Positions 26,888 to 35,038 of a stretch of 39,528 nt of DNA are shown here, piece after piece. The notes beneath the pieces are model-generated. The model did not search any database. It was not told the origin of the DNA and saw nothing but the letters and a program-made list of their open reading frames with translations. Each line of letters opens with the position of its first letter. The stretch's first letter is position 1. The position numbers and the translations under genes were made by a program. This stretch comes from an uncultured Desulfovibrionaceae bacterium. GTDB lineage: Bacteria > Desulfobacterota > Desulfovibrionia > Desulfovibrionales > Desulfovibrionaceae. The stretch is taken from the NCBI GenBank assembly GCA_964371955.1, contig CAYJPB010000005.1:1-39528 (forward strand), written 5' to 3'.

Positions 26888-29800
26888 ATGCAAACAAAGA
26901 ATGCCATTAAGAATCTAAAAAACCGTTATATTGCGGTACTTAAAAAATGTAATCTCCTGAACAAACTTTTTTCACCCATGCGCTCGGGGCTTATGCTTGC
27001 AAGCTTTTGTGCGTGTTTTGTCCTTGCGCCCTCACTCAATGCACAAACGCTCAATTTAACCACCGATGATTACTTTATTATTGAGCCTGTGCAATCAGGC
27101 GTAAATTATTACAGCACTTTTAATTGGCTGGAAAATAATGTGACTACCAATTATGGCTTGTTATTCAAAAACGGGCTGAATCCCCCAACTCCCCCCACCA
27201 ATAATCCATTTTTCGGAAACGGGCTTCCCCCAACACCTACATACAGCAATCCCGTCGATTTAGCTAATGCCATGGTGCTTCAAGAGAATCCCAATTACAC
27301 CATAGCCACAGGGAGTGGTGGTTTAGAGGATTTTACTTTGAACATTGCAGGGCAAAATTTAAATTATACTGTAACCGCTCCCACAACTTCTTTGGGGCGC
27401 ATTGCGGCACTCACAACAGATATTGATAATGATGTTTTTTATGGGCTTAATTCCGCTACTAATGGTGGAGCAATTTTTGTTACTTTTTCCAATCATAATT
27501 TAAACATCAACGGCAGCTTCATAAATAATACTTCTAATGGTCTTGGCGGAGCTATTGTTCTTTGGGGAAGCAACAACAATACTGTTAACGGAACATTTAT
27601 CGGTAACCATGCTGTAAATAATGGTGGTGCTATTTATGCTCAAGCAAGTGGTAACAATTCCATGAGCGGAATATTTATAGGTAACACATCAGAGACGCAC
27701 GGTGGGGCAATTGCTAATGCTTTTGAAATCAGTGTCATTGATGGCACTTTCATCGGCAACAGTGCCAGAAACTTTGGTGGAGCGATATTTAATACTCAGA
27801 GTCGAAGCATAGCCTCCATTGATGGCACATTTATAGCTAACCGTGCAGAACAAGGCGGCGCTGTTTTTAATGCTGAACCTCAAATACTTCCTTCGGGTGT
27901 TTATAGCTCTATAGGTCCTATTAATGCAAGCTTTATAGGAAACACTGCCACAACTTGGGGCGGTGCTATTTCCAACAGAGGCGTTATAGATTCCATTAAT
28001 GGACTTTTTATGGAAAATACAGCCGGTGAATACGGCGGCGCAATAAATAACTATGCCTCAACCAATACTGAAATAGCTTCTATAGGCTCTATTGACGCAA
28101 GTTTTATCAATAACAGAACCACAGGCGCAGACGGGCTCGGCGGTGCTGTGTGGACGAACAGGGATTTAACTTTTCAAGCAAATAACAGAATAAATGTTTT
28201 TAGCGGTAATATGGATAGCACGGGCTACAATGCCATTTATGTTTCTGATGAAAAACACGATTCCCTTGTAGACCTGCATTTCAATATGTACGGTAATGGC
28301 GGTTTTGTTTTTAACGATAGCATAAATTCAAATGCGCTGGGTTTTTATGATATGAATATCACCGGGCAAAGTCACACAAATAACACTTTTTACATGAATA
28401 ATACTCTTTCGGGAGTAAAACGTCTTTCTCTACGCAATGCAAACCTTGTTTTAACCGCTGACAGCACTTTTGTAGTAGGTCTTTTGAATCGGAAAATGGG
28501 AATTGGCATCATTCAAGGTTTCAACCATTCGGAGATAATCACAACAGACGCAAATAATAATGTGATCGTCACACCGCCCTCTACCGCTACATTGACAGTC
28601 GAAGCAGGGGCAAAGCTGATAATCGGAGATACCTCATCTTATGCCATAAACGGTTTTGGGGATGGAAATCGCTCTACTTCTGTTACTGTTGTAAGCGGTT
28701 TTCCACTTGGCAATGCCACTATTGGAGAAGGTGCTTGGCAATATGAAAATATCAGCACCGATTCTACTTTGCAAGCGGCACAAATGTCGAATTTTCCGGC
28801 TGATGGAGAATTTATTGTTGAAGTTTTTAAAATATTCCCCATACATATCCGTACACTTTATAATGCATACCCCATAAGCTGGGAAACAGCTGAACTTTTT
28901 CTCAACTTTTCGCAAGTCGGTGAAGACGTGAACAGCCCTTATGTTCCTTATGCTTTATTCACGCGTATTTTTGATAATACCGATCCTTATTATATGGGCA
29001 CAAATAACCATTGGCATACCGCAGCTACGGTAGAGGGCTTGTTGCAACTTGGAGTCAGTGCCGGAACTTCCTCAAATACACTCAATATAAGCGACAGTAC
29101 GTATGAAAATTTGTATTCTCGCATGAATCATTTGCTTTTGGATAACAACACCAATATTGTCTATCTTGAAGATGTGCGCAATGCACAATTGGGTTTACCT
29201 GCGGGAAGCGAGCAACATTCTTCAAGAAGCGGACTTGCCATTTGGGCGACTCCATTCTATAATTATACACATACAAGCGGTTTATCGGCAGGATACCGTG
29301 AATATGGGTACGACAGCAATCTCGGCGGTCTATCTTTTGGTGTGGATTATACTTTCCCTGATGGTAAGCTCGTTGGGTTAGTCATAAACGGTGGCGGCGG
29401 TTATTTGGAATCGTATGGAGATTTCAATCATACAACAAATAAATTTGCTTTTTCAGGCTTCTCTTTATACGGTTTAACACAATGGAATACATTTGATATA
29501 GCGATGGATTTTGGATATACCTATGCGTATAATGATGTCACGCAGTTTTTACCTCCCACTCTTGGCTTTCCGCAAGCAAACGCCCTTATCGGCACTCATC
29601 TTATTACAATCGGCGCACAAGTTCTTTACCCTTATGAATGGCAATCATACGATGTAAATGCCTATGTTGGCTTGAGATATACAAATATAATAACAACTCC
29701 CTATGATGTTGACGTAAATGGCACTACTGTTGTGCACACTGCTTTAGATTTTCAAAATTTTGTTTCAATACCTGCCGGTGTAACTCTCACAAGGGATTAT

Positions 29801-30073
29801 TCTTTTGCAAATGGTTGGAATATCTCTCCAAGTTATAACTTTGGCTTTACTGTTTCGGTCGGTGAGCTAAGCACGACTTCTCGTTCTTCAATCCCGACAG
29901 TAGCAGGACGAGCAAGAAATGATGCGCAAAGTGTGGATATTTTATCATTTAATGGAGGAATTGGGATTGAAGCGGCAAAGAATAACATGAGTTTTGCTTT
30001 GAATTACGATTTGCAAGCTTCATTCAGTGAAATGAGTCATAATGTATTTGCCACATTCGTTTACGAGTTCTAA
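26888..30073 (+). CDS. Autotransporter outer-membrane protein with Pmp-type (GGA[IV] / FxxN) passenger repeats
   Basis: 1061 aa with an extended signal peptide ending …APSLNAQ. Nine GGA[IV] motifs alternate with F(I/M)xN between ~27470 and 28150. The C-terminal ~280 aa is beta-barrel-like (alternating aromatic/Gly) and ends in …FVYEF. Confidence 0.85.
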   Translation: MQTKNAIKNLKNRYIAVLKKCNLLNKLFSPMRSGLMLASFCACFVLAPSLNAQTLNLTTDDYFIIEPVQSGVNYYSTFNWLENNVTTNYGLLFKNGLNPPTPPTNNPFFGNGLPPTPTYSNPVDLANAMVLQENPNYTIATGSGGLEDFTLNIAGQNLNYTVTAPTTSLGRIAALTTDIDNDVFYGLNSATNGGAIFVTFSNHNLNINGSFINNTSNGLGGAIVLWGSNNNTVNGTFIGNHAVNNGGAIYAQASGNNSMSGIFIGNTSETHGGAIANAFEISVIDGTFIGNSARNFGGAIFNTQSRSIASIDGTFIANRAEQGGAVFNAEPQILPSGVYSSIGPINASFIGNTATTWGGAISNRGVIDSINGLFMENTAGEYGGAINNYASTNTEIASIGSIDASFINNRTTGADGLGGAVWTNRDLTFQANNRINVFSGNMDSTGYNAIYVSDEKHDSLVDLHFNMYGNGGFVFNDSINSNALGFYDMNITGQSHTNNTFYMNNTLSGVKRLSLRNANLVLTADSTFVVGLLNRKMGIGIIQGFNHSEIITTDANNNVIVTPPSTATLTVEAGAKLIIGDTSSYAINGFGDGNRSTSVTVVSGFPLGNATIGEGAWQYENISTDSTLQAAQMSNFPADGEFIVEVFKIFPIHIRTLYNAYPISWETAELFLNFSQVGEDVNSPYVPYALFTRIFDNTDPYYMGTNNHWHTAATVEGLLQLGVSAGTSSNTLNISDSTYENLYSRMNHLLLDNNTNIVYLEDVRNAQLGLPAGSEQHSSRSGLAIWATPFYNYTHTSGLSAGYREYGYDSNLGGLSFGVDYTFPDGKLVGLVINGGGGYLESYGDFNHTTNKFAFSGFSLYGLTQWNTFDIAMDFGYTYAYNDVTQFLPPTLGFPQANALIGTHLITIGAQVLYPYEWQSYDVNAYVGLRYTNIITTPYDVDVNGTTVVHTALDFQNFVSIPAGVTLTRDYSFANGWNISPSYNFGFTVSVGELSTTSRSSIPTVAGRARNDAQSVDILSFNGGIGIEAAKNNMSFALNYDLQASFSEMSHNVFATFVYEF

Positions 30074-30369
30074 AAGATTTCTCAATAGTTAATCAACAAA
30101 GACAGATACTAATTTTATAAGCATAGCATACCGCTCTTGTAAAAGCTCTTCTTGAGTTCTTATATATCAGACGACAACAGATTGTAATATTTTTACGATG
30201 ATTTTAATTTTTAACGTAAATTTTTTACGATATAATTACGCGTTTTGCATAAAGCCTCAAAGAGGTAAACTGTAAATTCTCCCACCGTCACCACAAATTT
30301 CGCTTATCCACAAGATTAAACACGGTGATACTAAAAAGTTTTTAGAAGGAAAGGGTGGGGGCTTGGGGG

Positions 30370-30557
30370 CACGTCAATCCGTTTTATAGCCAATTTTTTA
30401 AAATATATGTAAATTTAGCATGTTACACAGGTTGAAATAGAAGACAACTTTTGGGGTTTCCAAAGGGAATTATTCCCTTTGGCCCAGCCGGAGGCGAATC
30501 ATATGCCTGTCAACATCATCTTAAATCGATATTTTGGCTATAAAGCGGATTGACGTG
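30370..30557 (+). mobile_element. MITE-like element, family A, best-preserved copy (188 bp) with 24-bp TIRs and 9-bp target-site duplication
   Basis: TIRs are CACGTCAATCCGTTTTATAGCCAA (30370-30393) and TTGGCTATAAAGCGGATTGACGTG (30534-30557), reverse complements with 1 mismatch. Both ends are flanked by an identical GCTTGGGGG (30361-30369 and 30558-30566). Internal palindrome CCAAAGGGAATTATTCCCTTTGG at 30460-30482. Confidence 0.7.
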
Positions 30558-30643
30558 GCTTGGGGGAGGCTCTCTATATAATTTTCTTGCAATTTGAGCT
30601 GATTTCCTATATTTGTTAAAAAAAATTGAGGAAGTGCAATTGT

Positions 30644-31483
30644 ATGCATACAATACATATAGAATATCCGGACAAAACACACACTGTCACCTTGTCAAAT
30701 AACGCTCCGCTTTGCTTTATAGCGGGCCCTTGTGCGATGGAAAGCAGGCAGCACACAATAGAATGTGCGCGTTTTTTGCGTGAAGTTTTTGAAAAAGCGG
30801 AAATGAACTTTATTTTTAAATCGAGCTTTGATAAAGCAAACAGAACGTCTTTATCGGGATATCGCGGTGTAGGCTTAGAAGAGGGCTTGGACATTTTGGC
30901 AGAAGTGCGTGAAACAGTGGGCGTACCGGTATTGACTGATGTGCACAGCCCCGAACAAGCTGAGCCTGTTGCAAAAGTAGCCGACATGCTTCAAACCCCG
31001 GCTTTTTTGTGTAGACAAACAGATTTTATTCAGGCAGTGGCACAAACACAAAAACCCGTGAATATTAAAAAAGGGCAATTTCTTGCGCCCGATGATATGC
31101 TGCAAGTAGCAAAAAAAGCTATGGCTACAGGCAATAAAGATATTGCTCTTTGTGAGAGAGGGGCAAGTTTCGGCTACCATAACCTTGTGGTGGATTATCG
31201 CTCCTTTCCAATTATGGCACAAACAGGACAACCCGTGATTTTTGATGCCACTCATTCAGTACAATTACCCTCCGCGGCAGGTGGTTCTTCCTCAGGGCAA
31301 AGAGAGTTTGTTCCTCATCTTGCAAAGGCGGCGGTTGCATGTAAAGTTGCCGCACTATTTATGGAAACTCATCCCAATCCTGATTCTGCACCCTGTGATG
31401 GACCGAATATGATTCCTTTCAGCGAATTACTTTCTTTACTTTTGAAGCTAAAAGAAATTGATAAAATCGTGAAAGAATATTAA
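30644..31483 (+). CDS. kdsA: 3-deoxy-8-phosphooctulonate synthase (KDO8P synthase)
   Basis: …[10 protein letters not shown]…[12 protein letters not shown]…, …[11 protein letters not shown]…, …NIKKGQF… and …DATHSVQ… are all present. ATG 30644 with a GAGGAAG RBS is preferred over the track TTG 30626. Confidence 0.9.
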   Translation: MHTIHIEYPDKTHTVTLSNNAPLCFIAGPCAMESRQHTIECARFLREVFEKAEMNFIFKSSFDKANRTSLSGYRGVGLEEGLDILAEVRETVGVPVLTDVHSPEQAEPVAKVADMLQTPAFLCRQTDFIQAVAQTQKPVNIKKGQFLAPDDMLQVAKKAMATGNKDIALCERGASFGYHNLVVDYRSFPIMAQTGQPVIFDATHSVQLPSAAGGSSSGQREFVPHLAKAAVACKVAALFMETHPNPDSAPCDGPNMIPFSELLSLLLKLKEIDKIVKEY

Positions 31484-31565
31484 CCAATTTTTTTCATATA
31501 ATAAAAATATTTTTATTAAAATTATAAATAACATATAGTTATGTATGTGTTCATATATTAAAAAA

Positions 31566-31609
31566 ATTACAGCAATTTTTGAATTATCAAAGATTGCTGT
31601 AATTTTTTT
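31566..31609. terminator. Bidirectional rho-independent terminator between kdsA and sulfatase-like gene A
   Basis: A perfect 11-bp stem, ATTACAGCAAT (31566-31576) with ATTGCTGTAAT (31593-31603), is followed by T7 and preceded by A7. A second hairpin, TCCCCTTT-agtg-AAAGGGGA, lies at ~31614-31643. Confidence 0.7.
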
Positions 31610-31666
31610 GTCTGATATCCCCTTTAGTGAAAAGGGGAGTATCTACTCTTAATTATTGTATGTATT

Positions 31667-33250
31667 TTAGCCCATTACATTTAATTCAGTCATATATTCG
31701 CGCAATGTATCGAAAAGTTTCTTTGCGATTTCAGGTTCTTTATCGATGATATTGTTGAGTTGGAAAGGATCGTTTTTGCGATCATACAATTCATCTTTTT
31801 CAGGAACATCAACTTTCGCACCCGGAGTACATGTCCATTGTTCTTCACCGTCAAGAGTTGCGGCTTCTTTATGGCGAGTTGCGGCATCTTTTTCTGCATC
31901 TTTTGAAATACTATCCACCATGTCAAGCAAGCTTTTTCCGCCTGATGCCGTAAGGTGTGAGCTGGATTCGGAAGTTGTTTCGTTGTAGAAATCCAACACC
32001 ATACTTGCATCTTCAATTTTATTTACCCAGTGAACATAGGAATAGTCGTCGGTATAGATAGCCCATGAATATTTGTGGTAACCTGCGATAGCAAAGTCAC
32101 GTACTTTTTCCACTTCACCGCGACACATTGGCAATAAGCTTTTGCCTTGCATGTCAGGGTGAACACCGATTCCAAGCCAGTCGCACACAGTTGGAGCAAC
32201 GTCGCATGATTGTACAAAGCCTTTGAGGCGTTGACCTGCTGCAATACCGGGAGCACGAAGAAGTAATGGAGTGTGTACCAATTCTTCATATGGCCAAGGA
32301 CGCACTTTACGCATCAAACCGTGGCCGTGTTCGCCGTTACCAAGAGGTTCACCGTGATCGGAAACCATCATAATAAGTGTGTTTTGGTTCAAGCCGAGTC
32401 TGTCCATTGCGTCTAAAAGTTTACCGAGGTATTTATCGCAAAGCGTAACAAGTTCAGCGTAAAGCATACGGATATGCTTTAATTGTGGTTCGGTGTATAA
32501 ACCTTCAACCAATTCCATGATTGGTAAGAATTCGTCTTTACCTGTATAATCAGGGTCGTATGGGCATTTCATATCAGGGTTATATACTGATGGTGGATCC
32601 CAAGGTTCGTGTGGATCGAATGAGTCAATCCAGAGATAGAATTGCTTGTTTCTGTCAACTTGTTCAAGATATTCAATTGCCTTTGTTATTGTTTTTGCAA
32701 CGTAGCGGTTTTCTTCTTTTTCGCCGCCGTATTGACGTTGTTTCAAATACGCGCCCAATTCGTGCAAGTTATCTTTAGCGGCACCTTCACCTAAGCGTGC
32801 GGCATAGGCATCGTAAGTGTGTTGTTCAATATAATCTTCAGGTTTTAAGTGGATAAGTTCATCTTCTTCATAGAAGAAGTGGTCGGCTTCATGGCCGTGT
32901 GTGAACCAAACTTTATCAAAAGCTCTTGTGAAGCCGAATTTTGGCAAACGGTACATTGGGCAGTCAAAAATCAAAGCGGTATCAATCGGACGTCCCCAGC
33001 AAAGATCTGCGATAGTGGTGTCTTCCATTGTCAATGGGCTCCAACCGCTGTAAGGCAAGGTGTAGCGGCCTGTGTGCATGGCGCGGCGGCAAGGCACAGT
33101 TGGGCAACCTTCTGTATAAGAATTTTCAAATAAAACACCTTCACGAGCGAGTCTGTCCATATTTGGAGTTTTAATCCACGTGTTACCGTAGGCACCCACA
33201 TAGTTGAATTGAAGGGAGTCAAACATTAGAACGATAGCATTTTTAGTCAT
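31667..33250 (-). CDS. Cytoplasmic sulfatase-fold (alkaline-phosphatase superfamily) enzyme, paralog A, with Thr at the formylglycine position
   Basis: 527 aa with no signal peptide. Sulfatase-family landmarks: N-terminal IVLMFDSLQ, PTVPCRRAMHTGRY aligned to CxPxRxxxxTGR, DPHEPW, and VSDHGEPLGNGEHGHG. The Thr51 codon is at 33098-33100. Confidence 0.8.
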   Translation of the reverse strand: MTKNAIVLMFDSLQFNYVGAYGNTWIKTPNMDRLAREGVLFENSYTEGCPTVPCRRAMHTGRYTLPYSGWSPLTMEDTTIADLCWGRPIDTALIFDCPMYRLPKFGFTRAFDKVWFTHGHEADHFFYEEDELIHLKPEDYIEQHTYDAYAARLGEGAAKDNLHELGAYLKQRQYGGEKEENRYVAKTITKAIEYLEQVDRNKQFYLWIDSFDPHEPWDPPSVYNPDMKCPYDPDYTGKDEFLPIMELVEGLYTEPQLKHIRMLYAELVTLCDKYLGKLLDAMDRLGLNQNTLIMMVSDHGEPLGNGEHGHGLMRKVRPWPYEELVHTPLLLRAPGIAAGQRLKGFVQSCDVAPTVCDWLGIGVHPDMQGKSLLPMCRGEVEKVRDFAIAGYHKYSWAIYTDDYSYVHWVNKIEDASMVLDFYNETTSESSSHLTASGGKSLLDMVDSISKDAEKDAATRHKEAATLDGEEQWTCTPGAKVDVPEKDELYDRKNDPFQLNNIIDKEPEIAKKLFDTLREYMTELNVMG

Positions 33251-33285
33251 AAAAAATTCTCCATAATTTTATTTGTGATTAATAT

Positions 33286-33301
33286 TGCAATTTGTGTGCC
33301 A
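33286..33301 (-). promoter_or_regulatory. Sigma-54 (-24/-12) promoter of sulfatase-like gene A
   Basis: The minus strand reads TGGCACACAAATTGCA, a match to TGGCAC-N5-TTGCA. It lies ~35 nt upstream of ATG 33250, with a GGAG RBS in between. Confidence 0.8.
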
Positions 33302-33318
33302 TAATTTTAAGTCAAAAA

Positions 33319-33331
33319 TATCAATATATTA
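33319..33331. promoter_or_regulatory. IHF-consensus-like site between UAS and sigma-54 promoter A
   Basis: TATCAATATATTA fits WATCAANNNNTTR. A counterpart sits at the same offset in promoter B. The AT-rich context makes chance matches likely. Confidence 0.3.
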
Positions 33332-33417
33332 TTTTTTTTCTTATAATAAAAATCTGTGTATATAAAGTGGTTTTTATTTGACAAGCAACTATCTATTTGA
33401 TATGTTTCTAAAAAAAT

Positions 33418-33442
33418 AAATGTGATAATACATTTTATGTGA
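33418..33442. promoter_or_regulatory. Conserved upstream element (putative enhancer-binding-protein site) for promoter A; it also abuts the activator gene start
   Basis: AAATGTGATAATACATTTTATGTGA is nearly identical (1 mismatch) to 38318-38342. Its near edge (33418) lies 117 bp upstream of the promoter edge (33301). It contains TGT-N6-ACA and a direct ATGTGA repeat. Confidence 0.55.
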
Positions 33443-33454
33443 ATGAGGCATACA

Positions 33455-34978
33455 ATGAAAATAGATTTTGATTTTTTAGAACTTTTGGCTAAGACGACGG
33501 AAGCTTTGCCTGAGAACGATGCTTTGATAATACTTTTCAAATACTTGCATGAGAGAATTCCTTTTGATATTGCAGTTTGTTTTTCAATTAACAGAGCTGA
33601 AAAACTCTATACAAGTTTTATGGAGTATTCTGCAAAACAAATTGTTCCTCAATACTATAATAAAAAGGACACTGTCTTACCTATTTCAGTACTTATAGAG
33701 AATTTTGGCGAAGATTTTTCAAAAACTTCTATTGCTGACGATCTCAGTAATAATGAGGATTATGCAAGGTTTTTCGCAAATTCACCTTATTCGGGTTTGT
33801 CAAGCATTTCTGTGCCAATATATCATGATTATGAAAAAAATCACTTTATGTGTATTTTGTTTCTTTCAAATTACAAAAATACGTTTAATGAAAAACACGC
33901 GCAAGTAATCGATCTACTAAAGCCATTGTTTCAAGAATTGATACTCTCACTTTATCTAAATAACCCCGGAGAAAATGTCAGCCTGTCACCCTCAGGTAAA
34001 ATCGCAACAACTTTTGAAGAGCAACTTTCCGCATGCCCTGATTTGGCTGAAGTAACCGAAGCTGTGCATAATGTGGCAGACTTTGATACCACAGTGTTGA
34101 TACATGGTGAAACGGGCTCAGGAAAAGAAATTGTTGCGGAGGTTATCCATTCTTTGTCCGACAGGTACGACAAGCCATTTGTACGTGTAAATTGTTCGGC
34201 TATTCCTGAAACTCTAATAGAAAGTGAATTTTTTGGCTTTGAAAAAGGGGCTTTTACCGGCGCCATTCAATCTCGTAAGGGATATTTTGAGCAAGCGCAT
34301 AAAGGAACCATTTATCTTGATGAAGTTGGAGAACTCTCTCTTAACTCGCAAGTGCGTTTGTTGCGTGTTTTGGAAAACAGAGAAATTCGCAGAATCGGAA
34401 GTGAAAAATCTATCAATTTGGATTTACGGATAATCGCGGCAACAAATAAAGATTTGTGGGAAATGGTGAAAAGGAAGCTTTTTCGCGAAGATTTGTACTA
34501 TCGCTTAAATGTCTATCCTATTACTGTACCTCCTTTGAGGGAAAGGAGACGCGATATATTTGTACTTGCCCAATATTATTATAATTACTATGTGCAAAAA
34601 TTTTCTCCGAAAACATTTGCAAAACTTTCACCCAAAAATATTTATCAACTGGCAAACTTTAGTTGGCCCGGAAATGTGCGACAGTTAAGGCATGCCATTG
34701 AAAGAGCTCTTGTTGACAGTAATAATAGTAAGCATAATGTACTGGATTTTAGCTTTTTGATAGAAACTACGGTAAAAACTCACAAAACAAATGTTACAGA
34801 ATTAAAAGAAGAAATTGAGAAAGTTCTTAAGTTGACTAATGGCAGAATTCAAGGTGAACAGGGTGCTGCCGAGCTTTTAAATATTAATCCCGCAACCTTA
34901 CGTTCGCGTATGCGTACACTTGGTATACCCTTTACAAAAAAAGATATTCAAAAACAAAAAGAGCAATCCCAAAATTAA
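33455..34978 (+). CDS. Sigma-54-dependent transcriptional activator (GAF-like sensor, AAA+ domain, Fis-type HTH)
   Basis: Walker A GETGSGKE, the GAFTGA loop (EKGAFTGA), …IYLDEVGEL…, …RLLRVLENREIRRIG… and the C-terminal HTH …AAELLNINPATLRSRMRTLGI are present. There is no receiver domain. ATG 33455 with a GAGG RBS is preferred over the track start 33443. Confidence 0.88.
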   Translation: MKIDFDFLELLAKTTEALPENDALIILFKYLHERIPFDIAVCFSINRAEKLYTSFMEYSAKQIVPQYYNKKDTVLPISVLIENFGEDFSKTSIADDLSNNEDYARFFANSPYSGLSSISVPIYHDYEKNHFMCILFLSNYKNTFNEKHAQVIDLLKPLFQELILSLYLNNPGENVSLSPSGKIATTFEEQLSACPDLAEVTEAVHNVADFDTTVLIHGETGSGKEIVAEVIHSLSDRYDKPFVRVNCSAIPETLIESEFFGFEKGAFTGAIQSRKGYFEQAHKGTIYLDEVGELSLNSQVRLLRVLENREIRRIGSEKSINLDLRIIAATNKDLWEMVKRKLFREDLYYRLNVYPITVPPLRERRRDIFVLAQYYYNYYVQKFSPKTFAKLSPKNIYQLANFSWPGNVRQLRHAIERALVDSNNSKHNVLDFSFLIETTVKTHKTNVTELKEEIEKVLKLTNGRIQGEQGAAELLNINPATLRSRMRTLGIPFTKKDIQKQKEQSQN

Positions 34979-35038
34979 TGGGAAATGCCCTTTACTGTTT
35001 ACTACATTATCGAGTAAGAATTATGCAGTATTTTATGG

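Noticed and set aside
30616-30987. 123-aa minus-strand ORF overlapping the start of kdsA
   Set aside because: It is antisense to a confidently identified kdsA frame and has no features of its own.
33307-33540. 77-aa minus-strand ORF in the sulfatase A / activator intergenic region
   Set aside because: It lies in an AT-rich regulatory region containing the sigma-54 promoter and enhancer element and overlaps the activator start. The Lys/Ile/Phe-rich composition is typical of a spurious AT-rich ORF.
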